From NCBI RefSeq assembly GCF_001194135.2, contig NC_069001.1, forward strand, positions 1 to 64,000: 64,000 nt of DNA. Direction: 5' to 3'. The position numbers were made by a program, and so were the translations under genes. Below, piece after piece: positions 1 to 12,840 of the stretch. The DNA comes from Octopus bimaculoides (taxonomy: Eukaryota). The notes under the pieces are model-generated. The model was given only the letters and a program-made list of their open reading frames with translations, was not told where the DNA came from and did not search any database. The first letter of the stretch is position 1; every line of letters begins with the position of its first letter.

Positions 1-93
1 CATACATACATACATATACATACATATGCGTACACACACATATATATATGCATATACACATACACCTATTCATATACATACATATGTATATGC

Positions 94-125
<32 letters not shown>

Positions 126-445
126 AACACAAACTATGCCTGTATCTATGTATGTGTGTGATATCTGTTTATGTGTGTGTGTGTGTGGGGGGGGGGTTAA
201 ATTTAATCCCTGCTGGCCCACTTCTAACATAGGGGTATATTTAGGTGTTATTTTAAGGTAAATCAGTAAACAATAGGTATCAAGTGGCAAATGACCCTGG
301 GGGCGGTGGGGCGATGAATAGTTTTGAGAGGTTTTTTGTGATTTTGATGTGAGAAAATAACTTAAACTGTTTATACATATTCACACACATGCATATGTAT
401 GTGTGCATACCATTCTCTCTCTCTCTCTCTCAATATATACACACA
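1..445. repeat. (AC)n/(GT)n/(ATAC)n/(CT)n microsatellite field
   Basis: Directly visible dinucleotide and tetranucleotide runs. Similar fields recur throughout (e.g. 2028-2111, 33540-33820, 48830-49740, 52270-52630). Confidence 0.95.
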
Positions 446-1699
446 NNNNNNNNNNNNNNNNNNNNNNNNNNNNNNNNNNNNNNNNNNNNNNNNNNNNNNN
501 NNNNNNNNNNNNNNNNNNNNNNNNNNNNNNNNNNNNNNNNNNNNNNNNNNNNNNNNNNNNNNNNNNNNNNNNNNNNNNNNNNNNNNNNNNNNNNNNNNNN
601 NNNNNNNNNNNNNNNNNNNNNNNNNNNNNNNNNNNNNNNNNNNNNNNNNNNNNNNNNNNNNNNNNNNNNNNNNNNNNNNNNNNNNNNNNNNNNNNNNNNN
701 NNNNNNNNNNNNNNNNNNNNNNNNNNNNNNNNNNNNNNNNNNNNNNNNNNNNNNNNNNNNNNNNNNNNNNNNNNNNNNNNNNNNNNNNNNNNNNNNNNNN
801 NNNNNNNNNNNNNNNNNNNNNNNNNNNNNNNNNNNNNNNNNNNNNNNNNNNNNNNNNNNNNNNNNNNNNNNNNNNNNNNNNNNNNNNNNNNNNNNNNNNN
901 NNNNNNNNNNNNNNNNNNNNNNNNNNNNNNNNNNNNNNNNNNNNNNNNNNNNNNNNNNNNNNNNNNNNNNNNNNNNNNNNNNNNNNNNNNNNNNNNNNNN
1001 NNNNNNNNNNNNNNNNNNNNNNNNNNNNNNNNNNNNNNNNNNNNNNNNNNNNNNNNNNNNNNNNNNNNNNNNNNNNNNNNNNNNNNNNNNNNNNNNNNNN
1101 NNNNNNNNNNNNNNNNNNNNNNNNNNNNNNNNNNNNNNNNNNNNNNNNNNNNNNNNNNNNNNNNNNNNNNNNNNNNNNNNNNNNNNNNNNNNNNNNNNNN
1201 NNNNNNNNNNNNNNNNNNNNNNNNNNNNNNNNNNNNNNNNNNNNNNNNNNNNNNNNNNNNNNNNNNNNNNNNNNNNNNNNNNNNNNNNNNNNNNNNNNNN
1301 NNNNNNNNNNNNNNNNNNNNNNNNNNNNNNNNNNNNNNNNNNNNNNNNNNNNNNNNNNNNNAGGTATGTGTGTTATTTTGTGTGTGCACTCCTGTGTGTA
1401 TGTGTGTGCATGTGTATGCGGCTGTGTATGTAGGTGTGCGCGTATATATGGGTGTGTGTGTGTATATATGTGCGTTCGGCTATGTGTGTGTGAGGGCGCG
1501 TATGTATGTTTGTCATGTATGTGGGCGGTATATATGTAAGGTGTGTGGGTATGTGTGCGTGTAGGTAGGGGTGAGATAAAAAGTGGAAAAAAGTAGTGAG
1601 TGTAATAACAAGAGAATGGATATAATATAAAGGGGACGAGGGGGGGTGGTAAAAAAAAAATGTAAAGTGTTGCAGGGACGTATATATATATACATTGCA

Positions 1700-1775
1700 T
1701 CTTTTATCTTTTACCTGTTTCAATCATTAAACTGTGACCATGCTGGGGCATTGCATTGAAGAAATTTTAGTTGAA
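1700..1775 (-). mobile_element. SINE family A, 3' tail fragment
   Basis: cctgtttcaatcattaaactgtgaccatgctggggca is the reverse complement of the tail tgctccagcatggccgcagtcaaatgactgaaac seen at 20761-20794 and 24512-24545. Confidence 0.6.
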
Positions 1776-2025
1776 TGAAACAGCTAAGAATTTGGTATAC
1801 AGGTAGGGGTTCATCAAGATTCAGTCGCCAGTCTCCTCCGGCCAGTAACTGAGGAATTCAAGACCAGCAGCCCCTAGGAACTACTTTATGCTGAAGATCT
1901 TGCCTCATAGCAGATTCCATATCAGAAGTAGAACAGAAGTTGCAGCTCTGGTCGAACCATCCAACCCATACCAGCATGAAGAGCAGATATGAAATGATGA
2001 TGATGATGGATGATGATGATGTATA

Positions 2026-2078
<53 letters not shown>

Positions 2079-2658
2079 GTGTGTGTGTGTGTATATATAT
2101 AATATATATATNNNNNNNNNNNNNNNNNNNNNNNNNNNNNNNNNNNNNNNNNNNNNNNNNNNNNNNNNNNNNNNNNNNNNNNNNNNNNNNNNNNNNNNNN
2201 NNNNNNNNNNNNNNNNNNNNNNNNNNNNNNNNNNNNNNNNNNNNNNNNNNNNNNNNNNNNNNNNNNNNNNNNNNNNNNNNNNNNNNNNNNNNNNNNNNNN
2301 NNNNNNNNNNNNNNNNNNNNNNNNNNNNNNNNNNNNNNNNNNNNNNNNNNNNNNNNNNNNNNNNNNNNNNNNNNNNNNNNNNNNNNNNNNNNNNNNNNNN
2401 NNNNNNNNNNNNNNNNNNNNNNNNNNNNNNNNNNNNNNNNNNNNNNNNNNNNNNNNNNNNNNNNNNNNNNNNNNNNNNNNNNNNNNNNNNNNNNNNNNNN
2501 NNNNNNNNNNNNNNNNNNNNNNNNNNNNNNNNNNNNNNNNNNNNNNNNNNNNNNNNNNNNNNNNNNNNNNNNNNNNNNNNNNNNNNNNNNNNNNNNNNNN
2601 NNNNNNNNNNNNNNNNNNNNNNNNNNNNNNNNNNNNNNNNNNNNNNNNNNNNNNNNNN

Positions 2659-2691
<33 letters not shown>

Positions 2692-2989
2692 ATAACCAAC
2701 TCATATGTGTGGGAGGACAGCATAGACAATATCAGTGGTGTATAAATATATATACCAGCCATAAGAACCCTGTAAAAACAATGGTATGTCTATGGATGTA
2801 TATGCATTCATGTCTATATACATGTGTATGTGTGTTGGTATTTATATATGTATTCATGTGTGTGGATGTGTGTGTGTGTGTGTGTGCATGTGTGTGGTGT
2901 AGATGGTTGCAGCGAGGCATGGATTGTCAGGGATTTATAGTTGAAAGTGAAACCATGTTTCACATGCAATGAAGAATGAATAAGGAACA

Positions 2990-3449
2990 ACAAGAAATGC
3001 AGCACCAACAATAAGAACATCGGCAACAACATTTGTAAAACGCAACAATAATGTCAACAAACATAGAAAACAAAAAAAACCCACTGTTTTCAACAACAGT
3101 AACAAATAACCACTGCAACCCTAACCACCACTAGAAGAACAACAACCTCTACTGCTACATCAACCACCACCACCATCAAAACCATCATCATCATCACCAC
3201 CTTCATTACAAGAACCAAAAGGAAAAGATCAAGCATTTGATCACCACTCACTACATCCCAAACTACACCATCCTTCTCACCCCTCCCCCAACCCTTCTCT
3301 CTGTCTCTCCTTTTACAGAATACTCAGTGATATTAAAAGCAACAACAACAGCAACAATAATACCAAACACACCATCAGCATTGTGGCTAACAAGTGCAAT
3401 AACATCAACTTTGAGACCACTAACTGCACTAGTGCCAATACTGCAAACA

Positions 3450-3482
<33 letters not shown>

Positions 3483-3570
3483 TTGCAGACAATTACAATA
3501 AACCAACACCACCACAAGCAATAACACCATTACCTCTACCACTATTAACAATAACAAGGACATCATTGTT
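2990..3570. repeat. Degenerate trinucleotide mosaic (CAA/CAC/CAT/CTA)
   Basis: Strand-skewed C/A triplet mosaic. Similar blocks lie at 4250-4520, 4960-5470, 5690-6480, 18770-19200, 25960-26300, 35660-36070, 42690-42990 and 60360-60540. Confidence 0.9.
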
Positions 3571-3584
3571 AACAGCAAATTAGT

Positions 3585-4245
3585 CTTGGGTGTGACGTTG
3601 AAATGCATCCAGTGGTGAGGCTCCAGTTTGGGTGTTTGGGATGGGGAGGGAGGCGTGGAGTAACCCCCCCCCACCACCACTAATCAGCATTTCTCCCAGG
3701 TCCATTCCGACCTGGAACAGTAGTACTGATTGGGGTCCCATCTCTAGGTCGAATAGATTTTTGTAATGGAAGACTGAGCTCCGTAGCTGCTGTGAAAGCA
3801 ATCAGGCTAAGGAGAAGAAAAACTTCAAAGGAAATCCCTTCTTCCAACAGACCGAAAGCCAGCAGGAAGGCGTATGGCTGGTGAGGTGGGCCAAATAACG
3901 GACATTCATAGTATGGGAGACAACTGTGTCATGGTGGTGTGCATTCTGCCACAGGTGGGGACAGTGGGAAATGATCATCACCAATAATATTTCATTGTAT
4001 TTCATGTTGTTCTAGTGCTGTGTGGGGAACAGCATGTCAAAGAATAGTCTCAATGTTTCCTTTGATTGTTGTAAAAGGTGACCAAAAGAGGCTGCAGTGG
4101 GATTTGCACTCTGGCCTTGTAAAACTCAAACAGACCCACAGATTGGAAAGTTGTTGCATGGATGTGGTGCAAACGTGACATCTGCCAGGAGAAGGGAATC
4201 CCCTTAACAAATGGGGGATTTAGTGACACACCGTTAGAGCATTGC
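3585..4245 (+). mobile_element. Decayed RTE-clade LINE 5' region
   Basis: ctcccaggtccattccgacctggaacagtagtactgattggggtcccatctctaggtcgaataga resembles the RTE/BovB-type 5' sequence as I recall it. ttgtaaaaggtgaccaaaag (~4068-4090) resembles an RTE 5' UTR motif. No intact ORF. Confidence 0.55.
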
Positions 4246-4250
4246 CCCTA

Positions 4251-4303
<53 letters not shown>

Positions 4304-4779
4304 TCAATAATATTAATGACAAATTACAACTATTGTTACCACTGCTAACACTACCACTAAGACTACTACTACTACAACTACTATTACTACCATCACCATA
4401 ATCAACACAACCAAGACTACTACTGCTACTCCTACCACAACTAGTAGTTGTAGTAATGAAGGTGGTAGTTGCATTGGTGCTGGTTGAGGTGGTAGTGTAA
4501 ATAATGGCAGTAGTCATAGTTGTGGTGGCAGGGGCCTTAGGAGCAGATTATCTAAACATGGACTCTCCCATCAGATGGCTAGGTTATGATCTGAGTGGCA
4601 TTTGGCTATTTCTTGTGAGCTGAAGGACTACATAGAGGCTGCTCATAATAGTTACTGATGATGGTGATGATGATGGTAATGGCAGCGAAGGTGGTGGTGG
4701 TAGTGACGATGGTTGGTTAGTCCACTTCATAGGAGCATCAGACTGGTTTCTCAGTTTCTCTGACATTTATATTCCTCTC

Positions 4780-4928
4780 TGGACAGGATTTTTTACCAGT
4801 TGAGTGGACAAGAGCAGCATGAAATGAAGTGTCTTGCTCAAGAACACAACACATTGCCCAGCCTAGGAATTGAAACCACAGTCTTAGAATCGTGAGTCCA
4901 ACACCCTAAACACTAAGGCCATGTGCCT
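4780..4928 (-). mobile_element. SINE family D (tRNA-like head + CORE-like domain)
   Basis: The reverse complement reads ggccttagtgtttagggtgttggactcacgattctaagactgtggtttcaattcctaggctgggcaatgtgttgtgttcttgagcaagacacttcatttcatgctgctc and matches the + copy at 38405-38645. Confidence 0.8.
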
Positions 4929-7900
4929 CCCTAATGATTGTGGTTAGGGTTAGGGTTAATGGTGATGATGATGATGGTGGAGGTAGTGGTGGTGGTGGCA
5001 GTAATTAATGTTTGCGATAATAGTTAATGATGATGATGATGGAAGCTGGGGTGGTGGTGGTGGTATCAGTTACCACCACAATGGTGGCATTAGTGATGGT
5101 GTTGGTGTTTCGTGGTGGTCATAGTGGTACTGCTAAGTATTGTAAAGGCGATAGTTGTGGCAATGATGGCAATCATAGTAGTAGTTGTGAAGTTAGTGGT
5201 AGTAGAAGAGGTGGGGGTGGTTTTAGTGGTAGTGGTGGTGGTATTTATCATGGTGTAGGCAGTAGTTTTTATAGTTGTAGTGGTGGTTTTGGTGGTGGTG
5301 AAGTTTGCTGGCGATGGCGGTAGTGGTAACTATTGCAAAGGTGGTAGTGGTAGCAATGGTGGTGACGAAGATGATGATGATGACGACAAGGGTGGTGGTG
5401 ATGATGATAATGATGATGGTAGTGGTGGTGGTGGCAGTAGTTGTTGTATTGGTGTTAGTTGTGGAGGTAATTCGGTAATGGCTGGGTGGGGATTGGCAAG
5501 TAATGCTACTTTTTCATGTTGTGTTATGCTTGATGGCCTGTCCAGTCACCTGTATCAAAACAGGCTGTCAGACGGCAGTTTCAACTCCACTGAAGCGTGA
5601 CGTTATCATTCTTATGACAAGCTGAATTCTCTATCAGAGAGTGTTCTTTTTGCGCAATGCTGCGGATTCCTTCAGCCACTGCAAAGCCACCACCATCACC
5701 ACCACCACTTCTACCAGAACTAACAACAACAACAACAACAACAGAAACAACAAAAACAGTAATACCTACCATAACAGTTAATGCAAACAACATTGGCATC
5801 TCCCACCTAAAACCATCATTACTCCCCCCCCCCAGCCCCACCAACAACANNNNNNNNNNATCATTACTCCCCCCCCCCAGCCCCACCAACAACAATAATA
5901 AACAACAATACCACCACCTCTTCTCCCCACCACCACCACCACTGACATATAATACTATCACATTCTGTACTTAAAGACACCATCATAGCCCCCTCCTTAT
6001 CTACTGCCTCTGCCCACTTCCATTACCACCCCTACTACAACCTTAACAATGTGAATAGTACCACTATAACTTTACCATTTTCATCACCAATAATCACTGC
6101 TACTACCACCACTACTATTACACTATCATACCATCAGCATCAACAAACATGCACCTCTAAACACCACTACTATACCATCAATATTACTAATAGTAACTAC
6201 TACCACCCCCACTACCTCTCCTATACTGTCAACTACTACCACCACCACCCACACTTCCACCTTTGCTATGTAATTATCATCACTAATAATCACTACCACC
6301 ACCACTACAACCATCATGTCTGCTTTACTATCAGCAGTACCAACCACCACCTATGCACTACTACCACAACCTGTATTTCTGCTATAACATGACCATCACT
6401 ACTAATCACCACTACTCCTACCACCACTACTACTATGTACTCAGCATCACCAGCCACCAACTGCCACCACCACCACCACCAATTGCTTTTGCTACACTTA
6501 AAGAAGAGTCTCCAAAAGGTTTCCCAACCTGCTAAAAATTGAAACGAAATATCTCTTAAATCAGATCCTGCTGCTTTAAACAAAGAAAAACCCATTGGAT
6601 TATGGGCTCCTGTCCAAAGTGTTATTCATCGTTAAAGATAATATGAAGGAATAGTCAACTTGTACTNNNNNNNNNNNNNNNNNNNNNNNNNNNNNNNNNN
6701 NNNNNNNNNNNNNNNNNNNNNNNNNNNNNNNNNNNNNNNNNNNNNNNNNNNNNNNNNNNNNNNNNNNNNNNNNNNNNNNNNNNNNNNNNNNNNNNNNNNN
6801 NNNNNNNNNNNNNNNNNNNNNNNNNNNNNNNNNNNNNNNNNNNNNNNNNNNNNNNNNNNNNNNNNNNNNNNNNNNNNNNNNNNNNNNNNNNNNNNNNNNN
6901 NNNNNNNNNNNNNNNNNNNNNNNNNNNNNNNNNNNNNNNNNNNNNNNNNNNNNNNNNNNNNNNNNNNNNNNNNNNNNNNNNNNNNNNNNNNNNNNNNNNN
7001 NNNNNNNNNNNNNNNNNNNNNNNNNNNNNNNNNNNNNNNNNNNNNNNNNNNNNNNNNNNNNNNNNNNNNNNNNNNNNNNNNNNNNNNNNNNNNNNNNNNN
7101 NNNNNNNNNNNNNNNNNNNNNNNNNNNNNNNNNNNNNNNNNNNNNNNNNNNNNNNNNNNNNNNNNNNNNNNNNNNNNNNNNNNNNNNNNNNNNNNNNNNN
7201 NNNNNNNNNNNNNNNNNNNNNNNNNNNNNNNNNNNNNNNNNNNNNNNNNNNNNNNNNNNNNNNNNNNNNNNNNNNNNNNNNNNNNNNNNNNNNNNNNNNN
7301 NNNNNNNNNNNNNNNNNNNNNNNNNNNNNNNNNNNNNNNNNNNNNNNNNNNNNNNNNNNNNNNNNNNNNNNNNNNNNNNNNNNNNNNNNNNNNNNNNNNN
7401 NNNNNNNNNNNNNNNNNNNNNNNNNNNNNNNNNNNNNNNNNNNNNNNNNNNNNNNNNNNNNNNNNNNNNNNNNNNNNNNNNNNNNNNNNNNNNNNNNNNN
7501 NNNNNNNNNNNNNNNNNNNTATATATATATATATATATATAAAGATATATATATTATACATAAGCCTTTACTCACACGGGGCTATGCATGTAAGTATTCA
7601 TTTGTACTGAAGGAGAGGAACTACATAGAAATATTATATACACCATATATAATTATATAGCTAATTGCATATGTAAATATACATGCTTATGAATGTATAT
7701 ATTCTAAAATGCAAATATAGGAATATACATAGATAGTATACACACACACACACACACATACACACACACACACACACACATAAATGTGTAAGCTGTTGAC
7801 TTTCCTATGTGTGCATTTGTATGCACAATGTGTGATATGTGATTGGAGCTAAATGCACTTATGCACCGAACTCATCTCTTCATTGCAAAACTAATTTTAC

Positions 7901-8120
7901 CAAAGATTAGCTGTTGTCCACACAGGGCTGAACTCTGAATTAATTACCCCCAAACCACTAAGATTATTTAGTTGAAGCCAACTTTTATAGGATTGGATTT
8001 TATAACAACTTAATCCTTTCACTTTTGTTGCTGTTGTTGTTGTTGTTGTTGGTATTCTTTTAAAAATCGTTCCAAACACACAGGTAGAGGTTTCCAATCT
8101 AGTCTGCTGTTTTTAAAAAT

Positions 8121-8162
<42 letters not shown>

Positions 8163-8164
8163 CC

Positions 8165-8700
8165 TGCCTCCTCCTTTCTGCTAAGAGGCACACAGCCTGA
8201 TAATCGCTACCTCATATGAAAATGACAATGGAAAACCAAAATATTGTGAATAACGGTGGTAATGAAACTGAAGCCCTTGATGGTGAGAGTGTTGCACCCG
8301 GCAGGCTGAGAGACTATCGTCCGGCTCCAGCCTGTCAATATCCAGAAAGGGACCACCACACAACGGGTAGATAGAGAAAGCAAATTAATGCTGTGATCAT
8401 GGAGTGTTACTACCTGAGCAACTCTGTAGATGAAAATGGTGCTTAAATTAGGGGTTACCGACAACGTGTATATGATCATTGGAGAGAAAAGGGATTGTTT
8501 CAACTCACGGAACAAAGATCATGTGATCAAGCTAGAGCAATAAGAAAAAAATCATTGGTTCACAGAAGTAGAGCTCGAAGCTATCAAAGGACAGGTATTG
8601 GAAAACAGCAGCAGAGATAAGAAGGAAAATACAGTTCTTACTAACAAGAGTAATGCCATAGCACAGGAAAATGTTTGTCAGGAAAGAAAAATGCGGCCGA
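8165..8700 (+). mobile_element. R4/Dong-like non-LTR retrotransposon N-terminal fragment (pseudogenised)
   Basis: From 8381 it translates as QINAVIMECYYLSNSVDENGA*IRGYRQRVYDHWREKGLFQLTEQRSCDQARAIRK, then a frameshift to NHWFTEVELEAIK. This matches the ECYY...RGYR.R...W......TEQR..DQ.R.I N-terminal signature I recall for R4-clade ORFs. One stop, one frameshift. Confidence 0.75.
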
Positions 8701-9061
8701 GAGCAGCAGCAGGCTTCATGAGACTTGAATTTATGGTTTTTAGGTCTGGGTTTGTTTTACAAGACAAGCAGATGAGATGGTCATGGCTAGAACACCTTTA
8801 GTTATTGATCAAACCAGTCAGGGTTTACCTGAGGTTAAACAAAAACAACTACAATGACAATAACCATTTGCTTTGCTACAACAGGTAGCAAAGCAAATGG
8901 TTGCTGCCACTCTGTGATCTGTTCTTTCCTCATTTGGCTCATTTCAGACATACAGACAGACACACCATCAGGCAGGCAGTAATTGCATTGCATCATTTTG
9001 TCTTGTACTGTTGCTCCACTCACCACCAACCCCAACCAGATGGGAAAAAAAAACAACTAAT

Positions 9062-9107
<46 letters not shown>

Positions 9108-10615
9108 AACACTCACATGGCTACTCCTGTCCCCACACCATCGTACACCCTTTGCCCACCACCATTTTCTACCGCCTACTTCCCCTTCCCCAATACCCAC
9201 ACCCACAAGATTCGACAGCNNNNNNNNNNNNNNNNNNNNNNNNNNNNNNNNNNNNNNNNNNNNNNNNNNNNNNNNNNNNNNNNNNNNNNNNNNNNNNNNN
9301 NNNNNNNNNNNNNNNNNNNNNNNNNNNNNNNNNNNNNNNNNNNNNNNNNNNNNNNNNNNNNNNNNNNNNNNNNNNNNNNNNNNNNNNNNNNNNNNNNNNN
9401 NNNNNNNNNNNNNNNNNNNNNNNNNNNNNNNNNNNNNNNNNNNNNNNNNNNNNNNNNNNNNNNNNNNNNNNNNNNNNNNNNNNNNNNNNNNNNNNNNNNN
9501 NNNNNNNNNNNNNNNNNNNNNNNNNNNNNNNNNNNNNNNNNNNNNNNNNNNNNNNNNNNNNNNNNNNNNNNNNNNNNNNNNNNNNNNNNNNNNNNNNNNN
9601 NNNNNNNNNNNNNNNNNNNNNNNNNNNNNNNNNNNNNNNNNNNNNNNNNNNNNNNNNNNNNNNNNNNNNNNNNNNNNNNNNNNNNNNNNNNNNNNNNNNN
9701 NNNNNNNNNNNNNNNNNNNNNNNNNNNNNNNNNNNNNNNNNNNNNNNNNNNNNNNNNNNNNNNNNNNNNNNNNNNNNNNNNNNNNNNNNNNNNNNNNNNN
9801 NNNNNNNNNNNNNNNNNNNNNNNNNNNNNNNNNNNNNNNNNNNNNNNNNNNNNNNNNNNNNNNNNNNNNNNNNNNNNNNNNNNNNNNNNNNNNNNNNNNN
9901 NNNNNNNNNNNNNNNNNNNNNNNNNNNNNNNNNNNNNNNNNNNNNNNNNNNNNNNNNNNNNNNNNNNNNNNNNNNNTATATATATATATATATATATTCT
10001 TATATATGTTTATGAATATACTTTTGTCCTAGTTGATGAGGATGAAAATGTCCTCATCCTACAAACACTGTCGCCAGGGCCACAGCCACAACCACCAACA
10101 CTACCACCACTACCATCACACCCATCACCATCATGCATGCCTATGAAAACTATGAATAGAAAGATGTAAATTATTATTATTATTATTTTCTCCCTTCCAG
10201 TAACATAACTGCTATTTATATGAAAATGACCTTTATGAAATAGATTCCAGTAAGTGTATAGTATATTCATATATGTATAATGATATATAATGCATGGCAA
10301 AGATGAGCATCTCTCTCTCTCTCTTTCAATATATATATATACAGAGAGAGGGGGAGAGAGGGAGAGAGAGAGAGAGAGATCTTGTTAATCCATAAAAGAT
10401 CTTCAATAACATTAATATTTGTAGAACACATGATGATGATGATAATGATGACAATAACAATAATGATGATAATTACGATAAAGTTGGTGATAATGTTGAA
10501 AATTAAGTGGAAACTAATTCTGTAAATACTTAGAAGTTCTTGAACCCATCCAGTGACAGAGGCCGTATTGATACCCAAAGTTTACCACTTAAAACTGGAT
10601 GTTGAGTTAGAACAC

Positions 10616-11041
10616 ACAAATGCTGCAATATTAACAAGAGAGAAAACTCTCATGTAGTTATTATGGTGCATAGAAGCACATCATAGCTATCGCTAAGGGG
10701 AGGCAATCACTGCTACTTTCACTGCTCAGAGTATTGGAACATGTGGTTTTGGCCTGATCTGGTCTTTTCAATGAAAGACACCAAGCAGCTGGGAAAAGCA
10801 GCAGTAACTGCCACACTAGCGATATGCATAGAAATATAGAGCCGAAACAAGGGCTGATGTTGCTAAAAGCCAGTGGGCTTATTAAAAAATAAATCAGGCC
10901 AAAATCACACGATCTGGTAGTCTGAGCGGTGGAAATAGTAGTGATTGTCTGCCACTGGTAATAACTATGATGTGCTTTTATGCACCAAATAACCATATGA
11001 GAGTTTTTTTCTCTCTCTTGGTAAATATTACAGTATTTGTG
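10616..11041. repeat. Aged fold-back: ~145-150-bp inverted arms (10616-10760 / 10891-11041) with a ~130-bp spacer
   Basis: Manual alignment of the left arm to the reverse complement of the right arm gives roughly 75-80% identity, e.g. ggtgcatagaagcacatcatagctat vs ggtgcataaaagcacatcatagttat, and gtggttttggcctgat vs gtgattttggcctgat. Confidence 0.85.
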
Positions 11042-11899
11042 CAGTATTTTAATGCAATACTCACATTTAACTGGTGAATATTTTACCTCATATGTGTTGT
11101 TAAAGGCACGAAATGTTGATGAACCCCGAAGTAAACAGGTTAGTATCAACCTAACAAACACACCTGATAAAAATATCAGGACACCTTAATTTTCCAAGGC
11201 CCTGATGAAGGTTAGAAAGACAATGCTGGTACAAGACATTCTGAACCATTGAACATTATCAAATACTGGTCTCTATTTATACACAGCCATTTACTTCTAA
11301 AAACCACAAGCCAGTGCTTATTCTTTTATTGTGTGGTTAGAAATGAAATGAAGAGTGCAAACAAGATGCAACATGGAAATTCAATTAGCCAAAGCATTAA
11401 ATATATTTCCTTGAATGAGAATTTGGTTTGTGAATATTCTAGATATTGGAGCGATGCTAGATAGATATACATTATATAGATAGATAGATAGATAGATAGA
11501 GAGACAGATAGATATTCATATATATAAATATATACATGAATATGTATTTGTAATACGCCCTTCATACATACATGTATTATGTTTGCAGACACAGACCTAT
11601 ATTCATTGATGCATCATCTCACCACAGCATCACATCAGCAGCAAATGGCAGCAAATGTCCAGTAAAGAAGAAAATGAAATGACAGCCAAAGAGAAATGGC
11701 AAGGGACAAACAGAAAGGAAGGATGAAGAGATGGAAGGGAGGCTGGAGTATGAGAGAAACAGTGATAGAGAGAATGACAGATGGGTAGAGTTAGATAGAT
11801 AGATAGATAGATAGCAAGACTGAGTGATTAGTAGAGAGACAGACATACATATACATAAGTGTATATATATGTGTGTGTGTGTGTGTGCATATATATGTA

Positions 11900-12054
11900 T
11901 GTACATGAATATATATATATATATGCATATATATTGGTGTGTGTGTATATACATATATATGTATATACATGTATATATATATATGCATATATATTGGTGT
12001 GTGTGTATATACATATATATGTATATACATGTATATATATATATGCATATATAT
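11900..12054. repeat. 60-bp-period AT-rich minisatellite running into a gap
   Basis: The sequence at 11941-11990 is repeated exactly at 12001-12050. Confidence 0.9.
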
Positions 12055-12802
12055 NNNNNNNNNNNNNNNNNNNNNNNNNNNNNNNNNNNNNNNNNNNNNN
12101 NNNNNNNNNNNNNNNNNNNNNNNNNNNNNNNNNNNNNNNNNNNNNNNNNNNNNNNNNNNNNNNNNNNNNNNNNNNNNNNNNNNNNNNNNNNNNNNNNNNN
12201 NNNNNNNNNNNNNNNNNNNNNNNNNNNNNNNNNNNNNNNNNNNNNNNNNNNNNNNNNNNNNNNNNNNNNNNNNNNNNNNNNNNNNNNNNNNNNNNNNNNN
12301 NNNNNNNNNNNNNNNNNNNNNNNNNNNNNNNNNNNNNNNNNNNNNNNNNNNNNNNNNNNNNNNNNNNNNNNNNNNNNNNNNNNNNNNNNNNNNNNNNNNN
12401 NNNNNNNNNNNNNNNNNNNNNNNNNNNNNNNNNNNNNNNNNNNNNNNNNNNNNNNNNNNNNNNNNNNNNNNNNNNNNNNNNNNNNNNNNNNNNNNNNNNN
12501 NNNNNNNNNNNNNNNNNNNNNNNNNNNNNNNNNNNNNNNNNNNNNNNNNNNNNNNNNNNNNNNNNNNNNNNNNNNNNNNNNNNNNNNNNNNNNNNNNNNN
12601 NNNNNNNNNNNNNNNNNNNNNNNNNNNNNNNNNNNNNNNNNNNNNNNNNNNNNNNNNNNNNNNNNNNNNNNNNNNNNNNNNNNNNNNNNNNNNNTATATA
12701 TATATATATATATATGTGTGTATATAGATATATATGTGTATATAGATATATATGTATATAGATATATATGTATCGCTCTCTCTCTCTCATATATATATAT
12801 AA

Positions 12803-12840
<38 letters not shown>

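Noticed and set aside
4942-4960. TTAGGG-like motifs (also ~27190-27205, 32820-32831, 51687-51697)
   Set aside because: Only 2-3 units. Too short to call interstitial telomeric repeats.
5815-5893. Direct duplication across a 10-N gap (also 56770-56860)
   Set aside because: Typical unresolved contig overlap or allelic ends at a minimal gap; an assembly artefact, not a biological repeat.
5027-6535. Gly/Asp/Thr/His-rich ORFs resembling low-complexity structural proteins
   Set aside because: These are translations of triplet mosaics that are open in several frames on both strands, with no splice or codon evidence.
11201-11250. cctgatgaagg as an intact hammerhead; also CTGANGA at 40987, 48306 and 58965, and ctgaag...gaaacatg at ~19428-19455
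   Set aside because: They lack a correctly placed stem II + GAAA + UH. The 40987 and 48306 hits fall inside family C SINE sequence.
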